Assembly (NCBI RefSeq): GCF_001194135.2 | Contig: NC_069006.1 | Coordinates: forward strand, 14,657,389-14,691,334 | DNA length: 33,946 nucleotides | Direction: 5' to 3' | Origin: Octopus bimaculoides | Taxonomy: Eukaryota | Shown: piece after piece, positions 1 through 12,103 of the stretch | How the letters are laid out: each line of letters opens with the position of its first letter | Position numbering within the stretch: position 1 is the first letter of the stretch | Notes under the pieces: model-generated | What the model saw: only the letters and a program-made list of their open reading frames with translations | Databases searched by the model: none | Told to the model about the DNA's origin: nothing | Made by a program: the position numbers and the translations under genes

Positions 1-86
<86 letters not shown>
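1..86. repeat. (TA)n/(CA)n microsatellite
   Basis: Directly visible perfect dinucleotide runs. Confidence 0.95.
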
Positions 87-383
87 CTCGTGTAGGTGTG
101 CATGTACATAAACGAAAAACGAAAATAAATCGATGTTTTTCAGTACATTGCTATTTGAATGAAAGCAGACAAGAATTCCGGTACACCGCAGTACAGTGAG
201 GTCTCAGGCATACACTCCATCGCTATGTGAACAAAAAGAATCGCCTGTTTACTGCATGTTCTTAGATATTAACTCACAGAAATTTCATTAAGACAGAAGC
301 AATTAACTATTGATTGTACATTCTCTCATCTCCCACTATCACTCACCAGACAACACGTAGACACACCTACAATTCACTGTCTG

Positions 384-415
<32 letters not shown>

Positions 416-419
416 TTTT

Positions 420-463
<44 letters not shown>

Positions 464-465
464 TT
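384..465. repeat. (CTTT)n microsatellite
   Basis: Directly visible tetranucleotide array. Confidence 0.95.
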
Positions 466-515
466 CATACCACCTACATACGTCTAAACGCCATTTTTTT
501 TTATTTTGTCTCCTC

Positions 516-591
516 TTATGTACAAAATTTGCTTCACAAATACATCCGCATTAATAGAGGTACATGAATGTATGTCTGTTTACACACATTG

Positions 592-636
<45 letters not shown>

Positions 637-725
637 CACACAAATACACATACACACACGCATACACGCGCGCGCACACACACATAGGTATACGAATATC
701 TATTTATAAATAATAAATACGCAAG

Positions 726-758
<33 letters not shown>

Positions 759-894
759 GCAGGAGGATACTTCTATAACTATATGTATTCATATATTCAC
801 ACCTATATACACACACTCATGTATATATATATTTATATAGATAGGTAGATAGATAGATAGGAAGATAAATAAATGATAGATATACATACATGTA

Positions 895-989
<95 letters not shown>

Positions 990-991
990 GC

Positions 992-1037
<46 letters not shown>

Positions 1038-1144
1038 TGTATGTGTAGTACATATGTTGTTTGTATTTATGTACAAAATTTGCTTCACAAATACATCCGC
1101 ACTAATAAAGGTACATGAATGTATGTATGTTTACACATATTGAC
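516..1144 (+). repeat. Direct duplication: 78-bp unique core at 516-593 and 1067-1144 (551-bp offset)
   Basis: ttatgtacaaaatttgcttcacaaatacatccgca...ggtacatgaatgtatgt...tttacaca.attgac occurs twice with a few substitutions. Each copy is followed by a CA/CG-rich tract. Confidence 0.9.
888..1034. repeat. (TA)n microsatellite
   Basis: Long, nearly perfect TA run; source of the YIYI ORFs. Confidence 0.95.
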
Positions 1145-1844
1145 ACACACGCACACACACACACCACGCGCGCACACACACAGATATATGAATATGTGTG
1201 TGTATGTGTGTGTGTGTGTTAATATTAGGTAAAACATATGAATGTGTCTTCCCATATTTTCTGTTATTGTATATATTTATCTAAGATCTTTGGGTAATTT
1301 TAAAATGATTATAGCAAATTATAAAAAGAAATATCATTTTCAATTTTATTTGCAGCTATCTCTTTTGTTTTTCGATCTAAAATAAATGCAATTATAACTA
1401 ATATAATTTAGAAGACATCATTTTTAAGAATTTTATTTTTAATTTGCATAAAGACAACACTACATCGTACAAAAGCTAACTGAACGTCAACAAAATGGTG
1501 TTAGTTACGATTTCATTAGTAATTAATTTGATGCTAATGTGTTAATTTATATTCATAATTATTTTTGTATATTTCATAGAAAAAAACTATTAAACTTTCA
1601 ACGAATATATATATATTTGTTTCCTTTTGACCTCTGTGTTTTCGGCCAATTTGTACCACAGCCAATTTGTGTTCGGCGAGTAAATTTTACTACAACGAGT
1701 CTTTCAACTGATTTGCTTTGGGTAAACTTACTTTCAACCCAAATGAATTTCTGTGAATATATTTTCCTCAAATGTTCTTTATATTGTCGTGTTTCCCAAA
1801 TAGTTTGGAATTCTTTGAATTAAATTATTTCAAAATGCTTCAGT

Positions 1845-2185
1845 CACATGGTTCCCGATTCGGTCCTTCGACCTAGTATTTTGGCCAAGTATCTTTTGCT
1901 ATAGCCCCAGGCCGACGAAAATTACGTAAGGGGAATTGGTAGACGGAAACGGAAAGAAGACCGTCGTCGCATAATATGTATGTGTATATATATATGTGTT
2001 TGTGTGTTTATCCCCCACCACCGCTTGGCAACTAGTGTTGGTTTATTTACGTTCCCGTAACTTATCACTGGAATAAGTACCAACCTACAAAATAATTACT
2101 GGGGCCCATTTCTTCCACAAAACCTTTGAGTGTGATGCATCCAGCATAGCCGGATTCTAATGACCGAAACGAGTAAGAAATAAAT
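1845..2185 (+). mobile_element. Decayed tRNA-derived SINE, family A (octopus-type)
   Basis: Collinear degenerate match to the better copies at 11460-11768 and 26240-26400: cacatggttcc..., ggccgac, ggtagacggaaac.gaaagaag, internal TG tract, aataagtac, ccagcat.gcc, tgaccgaaacgagtaa tail. Confidence 0.75.
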
Positions 2186-2994
2186 TTTTATTCTACCTTA
2201 AGACTAAAAGTATTTCTTGTGCATGTAGGTGGAATTTCTTTGAAATTCTTCGTTCTATTTTAGGAAATTCCTTCAAGTTCTATAAATATCGTTGCTGATG
2301 AATACTTAATATTCTCTCTTCCGAAACTCTCTATTTAGTGTCAAAATATTCTTTGTTGTTCAAACGAATTTCTCAGGGGATTGAAATTGTTAGTAAAGTT
2401 CTCTTTTCCTCGTAATTAGAAACAAAAAAAAAACAAAAAAACAGGACGCTAAATTGTCAACTGAATCTTGTACACTTGCTGTACTTTATTTATTTATTTA
2501 TTTAAGAACTCAGTTGTACTTTTACCTGTAATGTCAATACATACCACTTTGATGCTTTTCTATATATTTCCTTTTATTTTCTAAACTGTACAATTTTTCT
2601 GAATATTTCCATCACTTCATGCCTATATTCAACACTATCTGAAGTCTTATAAAATTCGCCGCTTCTACTTCTTTGCATGGTTTTGCCTCAAATCTTCATT
2701 TACATAATTACAAATAATTTCCCTTCTCATACGCTTTACGCTCCTCTCTAATAAACACTCCTCGACGCTAGTAAAACTAGTTGTGCCTTCTCGTAGCTTT
2801 AACTTCCAAATCCTCTATCTTTCTCCTATCGTTTTTTCCTCAGAGCTTTTTATATCATTATTCTTTCCATTCGTCTCTTGTATGTCTTTCTTCTCCAAAT
2901 ATTTCTCGATATCTTTTTATTTACATCACGCTGTTTCTCTGTGTTTTATTTTTTAATCACTATCATTTTATTTCTCGCTTTATTTCTTAATTTA

Positions 2995-3080
2995 CATGGT
3001 TCAGTCATTACGCTGTGGCACCATGCTGTGGTAACACCTTGGAGGACATTTAGTCTCCAGTACTTATTCTATCGGTCTAG
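2995..3080 (-). mobile_element. SINE family A, 3' tail fragment
   Basis: ttcagtcatt...ctgtggc.ccatgctg...cacc...ttagtc...gtacttattctatcggtct is the reverse complement of the family A tail. Confidence 0.65.
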
Positions 3081-3087
3081 AGGTGAA

Positions 3088-3137
3088 CCAAAGACGTGTG
3101 AGTGGATTTGGCAGACGGAAACTGAAAGAAGCTTTTC

Positions 3138-3181
<44 letters not shown>

Positions 3182-3235
3182 CTTTGTGTCTGTTTTCCCC
3201 CATCCCCCGCTACCGCATGACAACCCGTCCTAGCG
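3088..3235 (+). mobile_element. SINE family A, internal fragment with (TG)n
   Basis: ccaaagacgtgtgagtggatttggcagacggaaactgaaagaagc, then (TG)n, then gtgtctgtttt.cccc...tgacaacc, matching 11470-11620. Confidence 0.75.
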
Positions 3236-3679
3236 TATTTAGAGTCATTACATATTAGTAGCGCACTGAAAAATAAGGAAAGCTTTCCGCGGAAGCTTAC
3301 CATATGAGAAGTGTGAGTCTGTATGTATTCATATNNNNNNNNNNNNNNNNNNNNNNNNNNNNNNNNNNNNNNNNNNNNNNNNNNNNNNNNNNNNNNNNNN
3401 NNNNNNNNNNNNNNNNNNNNNNNNNNNNNNNNNNNNNNNNNNNNNNNNNNNNNNNNNNNNNNNNNNNNNNNNNNNNNNNNNNNNNNNNNNNNNNNNNNNN
3501 NNNNNNNNNNNNNNNNNNNNNNNNNNNNNNNNNNNNNNNNNNNNNNNNNNNNNNNNNNNNNNNNNNNNNNNNNNNNNNNNNNNNNNNNNNNNNNATATAT
3601 ATATATATATATATATACATATATTTATATACATACAGATATATATTTACATATATATCTATATCTATACATATATATG

Positions 3680-3873
3680 TTATTTCTTTACTACCCACAA
3701 GGGGCTACACACAGAGGGGACAAACAAGGACAGACAAACGGTACTTATTTAATCGACCCCCGAAAGGATGAAAGGCAAAGTCGACCTCGGTGGAATTTGA
3801 ACTCAGAACGTAGCGGCAGACGAAATACCGCTAAGCATTTCGCCCGGCGTGCTAACGTTTCTGCCAGCTCGCG
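3680..3873 (-). mobile_element. tRNA-derived SINE, family B (near full length, short internal deletion)
   Basis: Reverse complement reads gagctggcagaaacgttagcacgccgggcgaaatgcttagcggtatttcg...gagttcaaattccaccgaggtcgactttgcctttcatcctttcgg, with A/B-box-like motifs. The head is nearly identical to 24738-24880. Confidence 0.85.
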
Positions 3874-4322
3874 CGCGCACTAAGAACTATTTCTATCTAT
3901 CCAACTTTCCAAATACATCGATATGTGATTGTTTGTGTATATATATGAATGTGTGTGTATGTGTATGAATGTATTTACATATATGTGAGTTTCTACGAGT
4001 ATACATGCATGCATATGCACGGGCAAATATAACTGCAAATACATATTGAAGCATAACTACAGACATACCTTCCAAGGTAAATACATTCGTATGTACAGTC
4101 ATAAGTGCAGACATACACACATGCGTGCGTACATTGATTGCCGTCTAGTTGATAGCAAAATACCTCCAAAAGACTCCAGTTTCTAAGTTGTAATTTAAAT
4201 CTTACTGTTGTTTGAGAAATTTTAAAAATAAAACCAGAAAATGCATGCGTTCATTTCTACATACATACATACATACATACATAAATGCATGTAAACACAT
4301 ACATGAAGGCATATATACATAC

Positions 4323-4379
<57 letters not shown>

Positions 4380-4673
4380 NNNNNNNNNNNNNNNNNNNNN
4401 NNNNNNNNNNNNNNNNNNNNNNNNNNNNNNNNNNNNNNNNNNNNNNNNNNNNNNNNNNNNNNNNNNNNNNNNNNNNNNNNNNNNNNNNNNNNNNNNNNNN
4501 NNNNNNNNNNNNNNNNNNNNNNNNNNNNNNNNNNNNNNNNNNNNNNNNNNNNNNNNNNNNNNNNNNNNNNNNNNNNNNNNNNNNNNNNNNNNNNNNNNNN
4601 NNNNNNNNNNNNNNNNNNNNNNNNNNNNNNNNNNNNNNNNNNNNNTATGTATATCTATATATGTGTATATATA

Positions 4674-4710
<37 letters not shown>

Positions 4711-5132
4711 GCATGTATATATGCACATGTATACATAAATGTTCATATATAAATATTCATAGTCATACAACCATACATACATACATAAACAAAGATAGAT
4801 ACACATTTACACACATATCATACACACACGCATGCATGCACACAAACATACAGGCATGCATATATACATATGCACACATACCAACATGCATATATAAGCA
4901 TGTGCACATACTTACATTCGAACACACAAACGTAAATAGACACAGACATATTGAAACATGCACATACACACCTACCAACATACATATATAAACATATACA
5001 CATACGTACATACAAACACAGAATATAAACATAAGCACATACATACAAACACACACACAGAAACATATGCATATACATACAAACATAGTTATAGAAGCAT
5101 ATACACATACACACGTGTAAACATACATATAT

Positions 5133-5230
5133 AAACATATATGTATACTCACACACAAACAATCATATATAAACATATATGTACTCACACACAAACAATC
5201 ATATATAAACATATATGTACTCACATATAT
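5133..5230. repeat. 36-bp minisatellite, about 2.5 units
   Basis: Unit aaacatatatgtactcacacacaaacaatcatatat repeated in tandem. Confidence 0.8.
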
Positions 5231-5428
5231 ACAAAAACGTTGTAAATGGTGTCTGCATAGCTGCATACATCGTTTCTTTTCGATTTCGCAAGAAACTCAT
5301 TAGCGCATGTATCCCTAATTGAGTTAGGTTTTGTGTAAATATTTTGCATACGCTATCGAAATTTCGTTTGAAGAAAGAACAAAGGCGTTTTCCATAACGA
5401 TTGCAAGACAATAACGAAGAACGAAGGA
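5225..5428 (-). CDS. Candidate internal coding exon of an unknown gene (204 nt, phase 1-1)
   Basis: Acceptor ttttgtgtgtttctttcag, then an open frame LRSSLLSCNRYGKRLCSFFKRNFDSVCKIFTQNLTQLGIHALMSFLRNRKETMYAAMQTPFTTFLYI, then donor TAT|GTGAGT. The donor lies in a minisatellite and no domain is recognised. Confidence 0.18.
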
Positions 5429-5574
5429 CTGAAAGAAACACACAAAAAAAAAACACAAAAAAAAAACAGGAAGAAAGAAAGAAGAAATGAATGTATGAAA
5501 CATGCAAAAGAAGAAAAATGGTAAAAGTGGAAGAATTTAACTAAAGAATGGAATATGTGTGCGTGTGTTTGTCT

Positions 5575-6065
<491 letters not shown>

Positions 6066-6177
6066 ATACACATATATGTGTTTATAAATAAGGCAAAATA
6101 TAACAAAAGATTAGATGGGAACAAACGATAAAGTACAAAAGATTGGCGGTAAGAGAAGGGCGTCTAGGAGGGGGGAG

Positions 6178-6266
6178 AAGGAAGAAGAAGGAGAGAGAGA
6201 AGGAGAAGGAGAAGAAGAAGAAGAAGAAGAAGGAGAAGAAGAAGAAGAAAAAGAAGAAGAAGAAAG
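6178..6266. repeat. (GAA)n purine tract
   Basis: Visible trinucleotide run. Confidence 0.9.
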
Positions 6267-6755
6267 AGTGTAAAATTAAAAAGACAAGAAGAAATGAAGA
6301 AGCAAACAAACCAATGAAGACAAAAAAGAGCCTGTAAATAACAACAAAATATATACAAAATGGAGTTAAAAATAAAAGAAACGAGATTTACATGTCAAAG
6401 TAAGATGGCTGCCAGTAGTGGTGTTGAGAGAATAGAGAAGATTGTGCTGTCTTCTGTATGGATTTTGTCTATAGACTTGTGAATTAAATATTGCTAAATA
6501 GAATCGAAAAGAGAATTTATATATAGGTGTTTGCTTGAGAGTGTACGTCTGTGTGTGTGTATGTGTGTGTGTGTGTGTGTATGTATGTGTTTGTTTGTTT
6601 TTGTGTGTGCTTGTGTGTGTGTGTGTTTGTGTGTGAGTGCGTGTGTGTATGTGTGTGTGCGTAAGTGTGCATGTGTGTATGCTTATATCTCTATGTAGGC
6701 GCGTTGAGGTGTATCGATGTATATCTTTCTTTATACAGATGTATAAATCTATATT

Positions 6756-6797
<42 letters not shown>

Positions 6798-7464
6798 CNN
6801 NNNNNNNNNNNNNNNNNNNNNNNNNNNNNNNNNNNNNNNNNNNNNNNNNNNNNNNNNNNNNNNNNNNNNNNNNNNNNNNNNNNNNNNNNNNNNNNNNNNN
6901 NNNNNNNNNNNNNNNNNNNNNNNNNNNNNNNNNNNNNNNNNNNNNNNNNNNNNNNNNNNNNNNNNNNNNNNNNNNNNNNNNNNNNNNNNNNNNNNNNNNN
7001 NNNNNNNNTATATATATATATATATATATATGCATAACATTATGTCAGCATATATGTTGGTATATATTTATATATGTATATATAAATGTGTGTGTATTGC
7101 TTGAAGGTTTGTGTATGTGTTTGTGCATGCGTGTGTGTGTGTGTGTGTGTGTTTATGTGTGTGTGAGTTTGTGCTTATGCTAGACAGATCTTACAGACAT
7201 GTTGCGTTCTTGTAGAAATAATAATCGATTTTAAACTTCCTTGAATATTTTTGCAATTCTCTTGTTAAGCCTGTCTATTTATTTTGGAACCATATCGTTC
7301 CTAGATCCATCGACTCATCATCAGGATGGAATGATCATGTGAAATGTTAGTACTAAACAAACGTTCTCAATGCTATAACTGTAAATTCATCATTAACCGA
7401 TTCAGAGTTAATTAAATACTAACTGCTACTCAGTTTATAATGCTTTACACCTATATGGCAAAGG

Positions 7465-7562
7465 TCTTGCTGTGTAATGGTAAAAAAACATTTTCTTCCC
7501 AAACACACTGTTCCGGGTTCAGTGAGGGGATTTGGCAGCCGGAAGCTGAAATAAATCCACCA
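7465..7562 (+). mobile_element. Internally deleted, decayed SINE family A head
   Basis: gctgtgtaatggtaa...ttcccaaacacactgttccgggttcagt joined to gagggatttggcagccggaagctgaaa. Confidence 0.5.
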
Positions 7563-7697
7563 TATTGTCCACCAGACAGTTCAGTAAATACGCAGATCAA
7601 ATCGACGCGATAAAATGAGACAACGATTGAGCTTTGGACTATAGGTACAATTCGAAGAAGGACTCAAAGAAAATTTTACTACACTTGTTGAGAGAAA

Positions 7698-7822
7698 CTT
7701 TATTTATCGACCCTCAGTGGTTAAGAAACAAATCTGACATCAGCAGTATTTGAAATAACGACTCAGAATACCGGAAAAATACCACGGGAAATTTTACTCG
7801 ATGCTCTTCCGATTCAGCTAAT
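7698..7822 (-). mobile_element. Highly decayed SINE family B
   Basis: tttatttatcgaccc...atttgaa...actcagaa...aaatacc... is collinear with the minus-strand copy at 3740-3870. Confidence 0.45.
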
Positions 7823-8653
7823 TGTTTGGATTACTGACCGAAAAGAGTACAAGAAAAAAATAAATAAACGTGTAAGAGGAAGATTCTTGGAGGAGACATG
7901 GTCATTGGGTGCTTTCCATTTCTTTATATTTAGTTTAGTTTTATTGTTGTTCTTGCTAAAAAGCTAACTCGTTAATTAACGTAGACATCTGCGCATTCTA
8001 TTTTAATTAGCAGACAATATACATTGTATTACTATTTAAAGTTACGCCTGTTATTTTTTTCTAAAACTTCATTGTACTTTTTAATTGTAAATTATTAACC
8101 CACTCAAATTTTATGCGATAAATTTGTCTGTAAACCTACATCGGTGTATACTAATTCCTCCACCGCCCACACTGTCTCTTTGTCAATCTGTCTGTTTCTG
8201 TCTATCTGTTTCTTCATCGTTCTCTCACTCTTTCTCAGGGATTTACAAAATACGTGAATATCTTCAACTGCATATACACATATAAGCACCCCCCAACACA
8301 CAGAGAAAATGAGAAATATAAAAGAAGCATATTCTACTGAGCTAATTAGATTAAGTTCACATGAATACATGTTGTGACTGCGATTATTTCCTCCATCTTG
8401 GCGTATGGAAAATCTTACTGTCTCTAGTATATATATGTATGTACATGTGTGTGTCTGTCTCTATGTGAGTGTGAGTCTGTCTGTGTGTGTGTGTGCATGT
8501 GTGCGTGTGTGTTCAGAACTCTTTGAGAGTCAGCGTTCCTTTTCCATTCTGAAAATAGATTTTACTTAAAACGCTACAAAGCCGAAGCGAGAAAAACTAA
8601 ACGCACAGATTTCTAAACCATTGTAGAAAGACCTACACATATCGGCAAATATA

Positions 8654-8685
<32 letters not shown>

Positions 8686-9115
8686 NNNNNNNNNNNNNNN
8701 NNNNNNNNNNNNNNNNNNNNNNNNNNNNNNNNNNNNNNNNNNNNNNNNNNNNNNNNNNNNNNNNNNNNNNNNNNNNNNNNNNNNNNNNNNNNNNNNNNNN
8801 NNNNNNNNNNNNNNNNNNNNNNNNNNNNNNNNNNNNNNNNNNNNNNNNNNNNNNNNNNNNNNNNNNNNNNNNNNNNNNNNNNNNNNNNNNNNNNNNNNNN
8901 NNNNNNNNNNNNNNNNNNNNNNNNNNNNNNNNNNNNNNNNNNNNNNNNNNNNNNNNNNNNNNNNNNNNNNNNNNNNNNNNNNNNNNNNNNNNNNNNNNNN
9001 NNNNNNNNNNNNNNNNNNNNNNNNNNNNNNNNNNNNNNNNNNNNNNNNNNNNNNNNNNNNNNNNNNNNNNNNNNNNNNNNNNNNNNNNNNNNNNNNNNGT
9101 CTACGATGCAGCGCA

Positions 9116-9407
9116 TCAGATGGTGGTGGTGGCGATTCTTTTCTTGAAGGTCGAAGTCTTTGCGACGATATCGCTGTTCTTGCTGGTGGTGGAAGTGGTG
9201 GTGGCGGTGTTATCGTTCATGATCACACCTGCACCTGTTTGTGTGACACTTCTCCTCTCCCTTCTTCCCCCTCCTTCATGAAGTTGTGGTGAAGGGAGTG
9301 TAAGGAAGTCAACGTCGTCAAGAGTTGCCAAGGAGACCGGGCGTTCGTCCTGAGATCGTCTGCTTGGCTTCAAGACGCCATCCTCAAACAAAATATGGCT
9401 AAGAAAG
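9116..9407 (-). CDS. Candidate coding exon of an unknown gene
   Basis: The frame opens just after an in-frame stop, at the acceptor ttattttcag (AG 9409-9408). It reads FLSHILFEDGVLKPSRRSQDERPVSLATLDDVDFLTLPSPQLHEGGGRRERRSVTQTGAG... to TGA at 9116. The segment is GC/CpG-richer than its flanks. An alternative donor CAG|GTGTGA would end the exon at 9229. No domain is recognised and the 3' half is ACC-rich low complexity. Confidence 0.35.
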
Positions 9408-9589
9408 CTGAAAATAATGTTTCAAAATCGGGAGATACGCCACACAGGGCAGATTTCCCGTGCAAACAAATTGCACAACCGAATGTAACAGTTGTTGCAC
9501 AACTTTTACATAAAAAATATAATCCGAAAACAACTTTTTAAGGCAAGAAAATCAAACTTGAGCCGATGTGTCAATCGTCCATCCATAAA

Positions 9590-9710
9590 GATAGATAGAT
9601 AAGTAGACAGACAGACAGACAGACAAACAGATAGATAGATAAATAAATAGATAGATAGATAGAGAGAGATAAGTAGGTGGGTAGTTAGAGAGATAGATAG
9701 ATAGATTGAT
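9590..9710. repeat. (GATA)n/(GACA)n microsatellite
   Basis: Visible tetranucleotide runs. Confidence 0.9.
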
Positions 9711-10114
9711 AGGCACATCTCAATCATCGGGAGTTTTTACCTGTGTCAGATCTGTTGTAAGGTTTAAACCTAGATCTCCGGTCTGAGCTTCAGTCTCGGA
9801 GGTCCTCGAAATGGCAAGAGTAGAGGTTCGTAGGCTCTGTACTTCCTTTCCCTGGCAAATTAAAATATAATACTTTGCAGGGGTCCTTCACACCTTAATT
9901 CACAAGTGAACACACTGTAACATTGTATGGACCAAGTCACAACGGTTCATTGATTTTAAGGTGTTAACTATTGGCCCGAGGTAAAAATAACACACACATA
10001 CACACTCCCGCAGTTAAGTATGTGTGTGAACCTCTCTCTCTCTCTCTCATTTGTTCTTTTCTATATCATTTTACCCTCTGTGTTCGTCTTAGTATATCTA
10101 TTTTTCTAACCCTG

Positions 10115-10146
<32 letters not shown>

Positions 10147-10394
10147 AACAGAGATGTACGTATATATAGATGCGTTTATATATGTGTATATGTATATGGA
10201 AATGCATATGCATATATATATTTGCACCCACACACACCACACACACATAAGTGTGCACGAGTGTTAATATATATCTTTCTTCCTCACACCCTCTCTCTTT
10301 CTCTTACTCTCCCATTCCCTCACACTCTTTCTCTCCTTCATTCACTCTCTTCTTTTGTCAGTTAGCAAAGCTCTCTTTTTACTATTCTCTCCCT

Positions 10395-10590
10395 CTCTCC
10401 CACTCTGTCTCTCGCTCTCTTTCTCTCTCTCACTCTTTTTCTCTCTCTCGCTCACTTTCTCTCTCTCGCTCTCTTTCTCTCTCTCGCTCTCTTTCTCTCT
10501 CTCTCGCTCCCTTTCTCTCTCTCTCTCACTCTCTTCCTCTCTCTCGCTCTCTTTCTCTCTCTCTCTCTGTCTCTCTCACTCTCTCTCGGT
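10395..10590. repeat. CT-rich compound repeat with an 18-bp higher-order unit (ctctctcgctctctttct)
   Basis: Periodic cgct interruptions within (CT)n. Confidence 0.85.
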
Positions 10591-11277
10591 TTTCCTCTCT
10601 AAAACGGCTATTGTCATACATTCACAACTACAAGTCCTACTCTTCCCTCTCCTCCGTTCCATCTCCTTCCTCCACATTTACACACTCTCCTTCGTTTTCT
10701 TCTCAAATCCCCACCTCATTCCCTTTACCGCCTCTCAATGGTTTATTAATAACTGTCCCTTTTCAACAGTTATTAATAAATAAGGCATCGATTCAGTGTG
10801 AATGATATTAAACAGGGCCCGTTGTTTCGCAGTGTTTAAAAGCTAAATAGAGCATGCATATATAAGAAAATTATAACTGCAAACCAAAATTAAATTTATA
10901 TTCATCGTTAATTTGCTTTGAGAGTCTTCTGTAAATTATCTATTCTAAGATCTGGGTGAATTCTATTGAACAGTTTGTGAGAAATAATAATTATGAGAGC
11001 TCATACCCATACAAGGCTACGCTACAACCACCACCACTACCGCCACCACCACTACAACAACAACAGTAAGAACAATTGCAAAAGCTAGAGTATGCAGTAA
11101 AAGAATTATGTGATAGGAAGCATTGGAAATACCGTCGTTCTCACCGCCCCTTACGTCACCATCAAGACAGCGAGGAAGTTGATATGACTGTACAATCTGC
11201 TAGAAATAATAGCTAAAATGTCCAACGGAATTTTAATCTGACAGTTTAAAAAGAAACGCAGGTGTATATATATATTT

Positions 11278-11455
11278 TTTCTTTTATTTGTTTCAGTCAT
11301 TTGACTGCGGCCATGCTGGAGCACCGCCTTGAAAAATCTTTTAGTCGAGTGAATCAACCCCGGGATTTATATTTTTTAAGCCTGGTACTTATTCTCTCGG
11401 TCGCTTCCCGAACCGCTAAGTTACGGAGCCGTAAACACACCAGCACCGGCTTGTA
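11278..11455 (-). mobile_element. SINE family A, 3' half
   Basis: ttgtttcagtcatttgactgcggccatgctggagcaccgcctt...gtacttattctctcggtc...gaaccgctaagttacgg...gtaaacacaccagca is the reverse complement of 11600-11765. Confidence 0.85.
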
Positions 11456-11459
11456 GATA

Positions 11460-11768
11460 TAGGACGGGCCGACGAAAGCCTTGTGAGTGAATTTGGTAGA
11501 CGGAGACTGAAAGAAGCCCGTCGTATATATGTATATGTATATATGTATGTGTGTGTGTGTGTGTTTGTGTATCTGTGTTTGTCCTCCCAACATCGCTTGA
11601 CAACCGATGTTGGTGTGTTTACGTCCCCGTAACATAGCGGTTCGGCAAAAGGAATTGATAGAATAAGTACTAGGCTTACAAGGAATAAGTCCTGGTGTCG
11701 ATTTGCTCGACTAAAGGCGGTGCTCCAGCATGGCCACAGTCAAATGACTGAAACAAGTAAAAGAGTAT
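11460..11768 (+). mobile_element. SINE family A, 5'-truncated, well preserved
   Basis: gggccgacgaaagccttgtgagtgaatttggtagacggagactgaaagaagcccgtcg, internal TA/TG tract, then ...aaggcggtgctccagcatggccacagtcaaatgactgaaacaagtaaaagag tail. Confidence 0.88.
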
Positions 11769-11780
11769 ATATACGTATGT

Positions 11781-12103
11781 AATTGGTACTCCGTCGGTTA
11801 CGAAGACGAGGGTTCCAGTTGATCTAATCAACAGAACAGCCAGTTCGTGAAATTAACGTGCAAGTGACTGAGTACGCCATAGACACGTCTACTCTTCAAG
11901 TAGTTCTCAGGGTGATTCGGCGTGACCAATAGTGTGACAAGGTCGCCCTTTTGAAATACAAACATAACTCATTTTTGACAGCTGAGTGGACTGGGGCAAC
12001 GTGAAATAAAAATGTTTTGCTCAAGAACACAACGCGCCGCCAGGAATCGAACTCACAACTTTATGATCGTGATCCGAGTATCCTAAGCACTAAGCCACCG
12101 CAA
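11781..12103 (-). mobile_element. tRNA-derived SINE, family C (near full length)
   Basis: Reverse complement has an A-box-like TGGCTTAGTGC and a B-box GAGTTCGATTCC. These are followed by a conserved-central-domain-like gtgttcttgagcaaaaca...ccagtccactcagctgtcaaaaatgag. Confidence 0.8.

Noticed and set aside
1590-1800. Short recurring ggccaatttgt motif resembling subterminal repeats of a non-autonomous DNA transposon
   Set aside because: Only two clear units, and no terminal inverted repeat or TSD is identifiable.
8104-8370. 88-aa minus ORF with a hydrophobic stretch and a possible small exon
   Set aside because: Partly encoded by GACA/GATA-like and pyrimidine tracts, with no recognisable motif.
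11995-12103. tRNA-like A/B boxes in SINE heads (also 24738 and 26240)
   Set aside because: No cloverleaf or acceptor stem; they continue into SINE bodies, so they are not tRNA genes.
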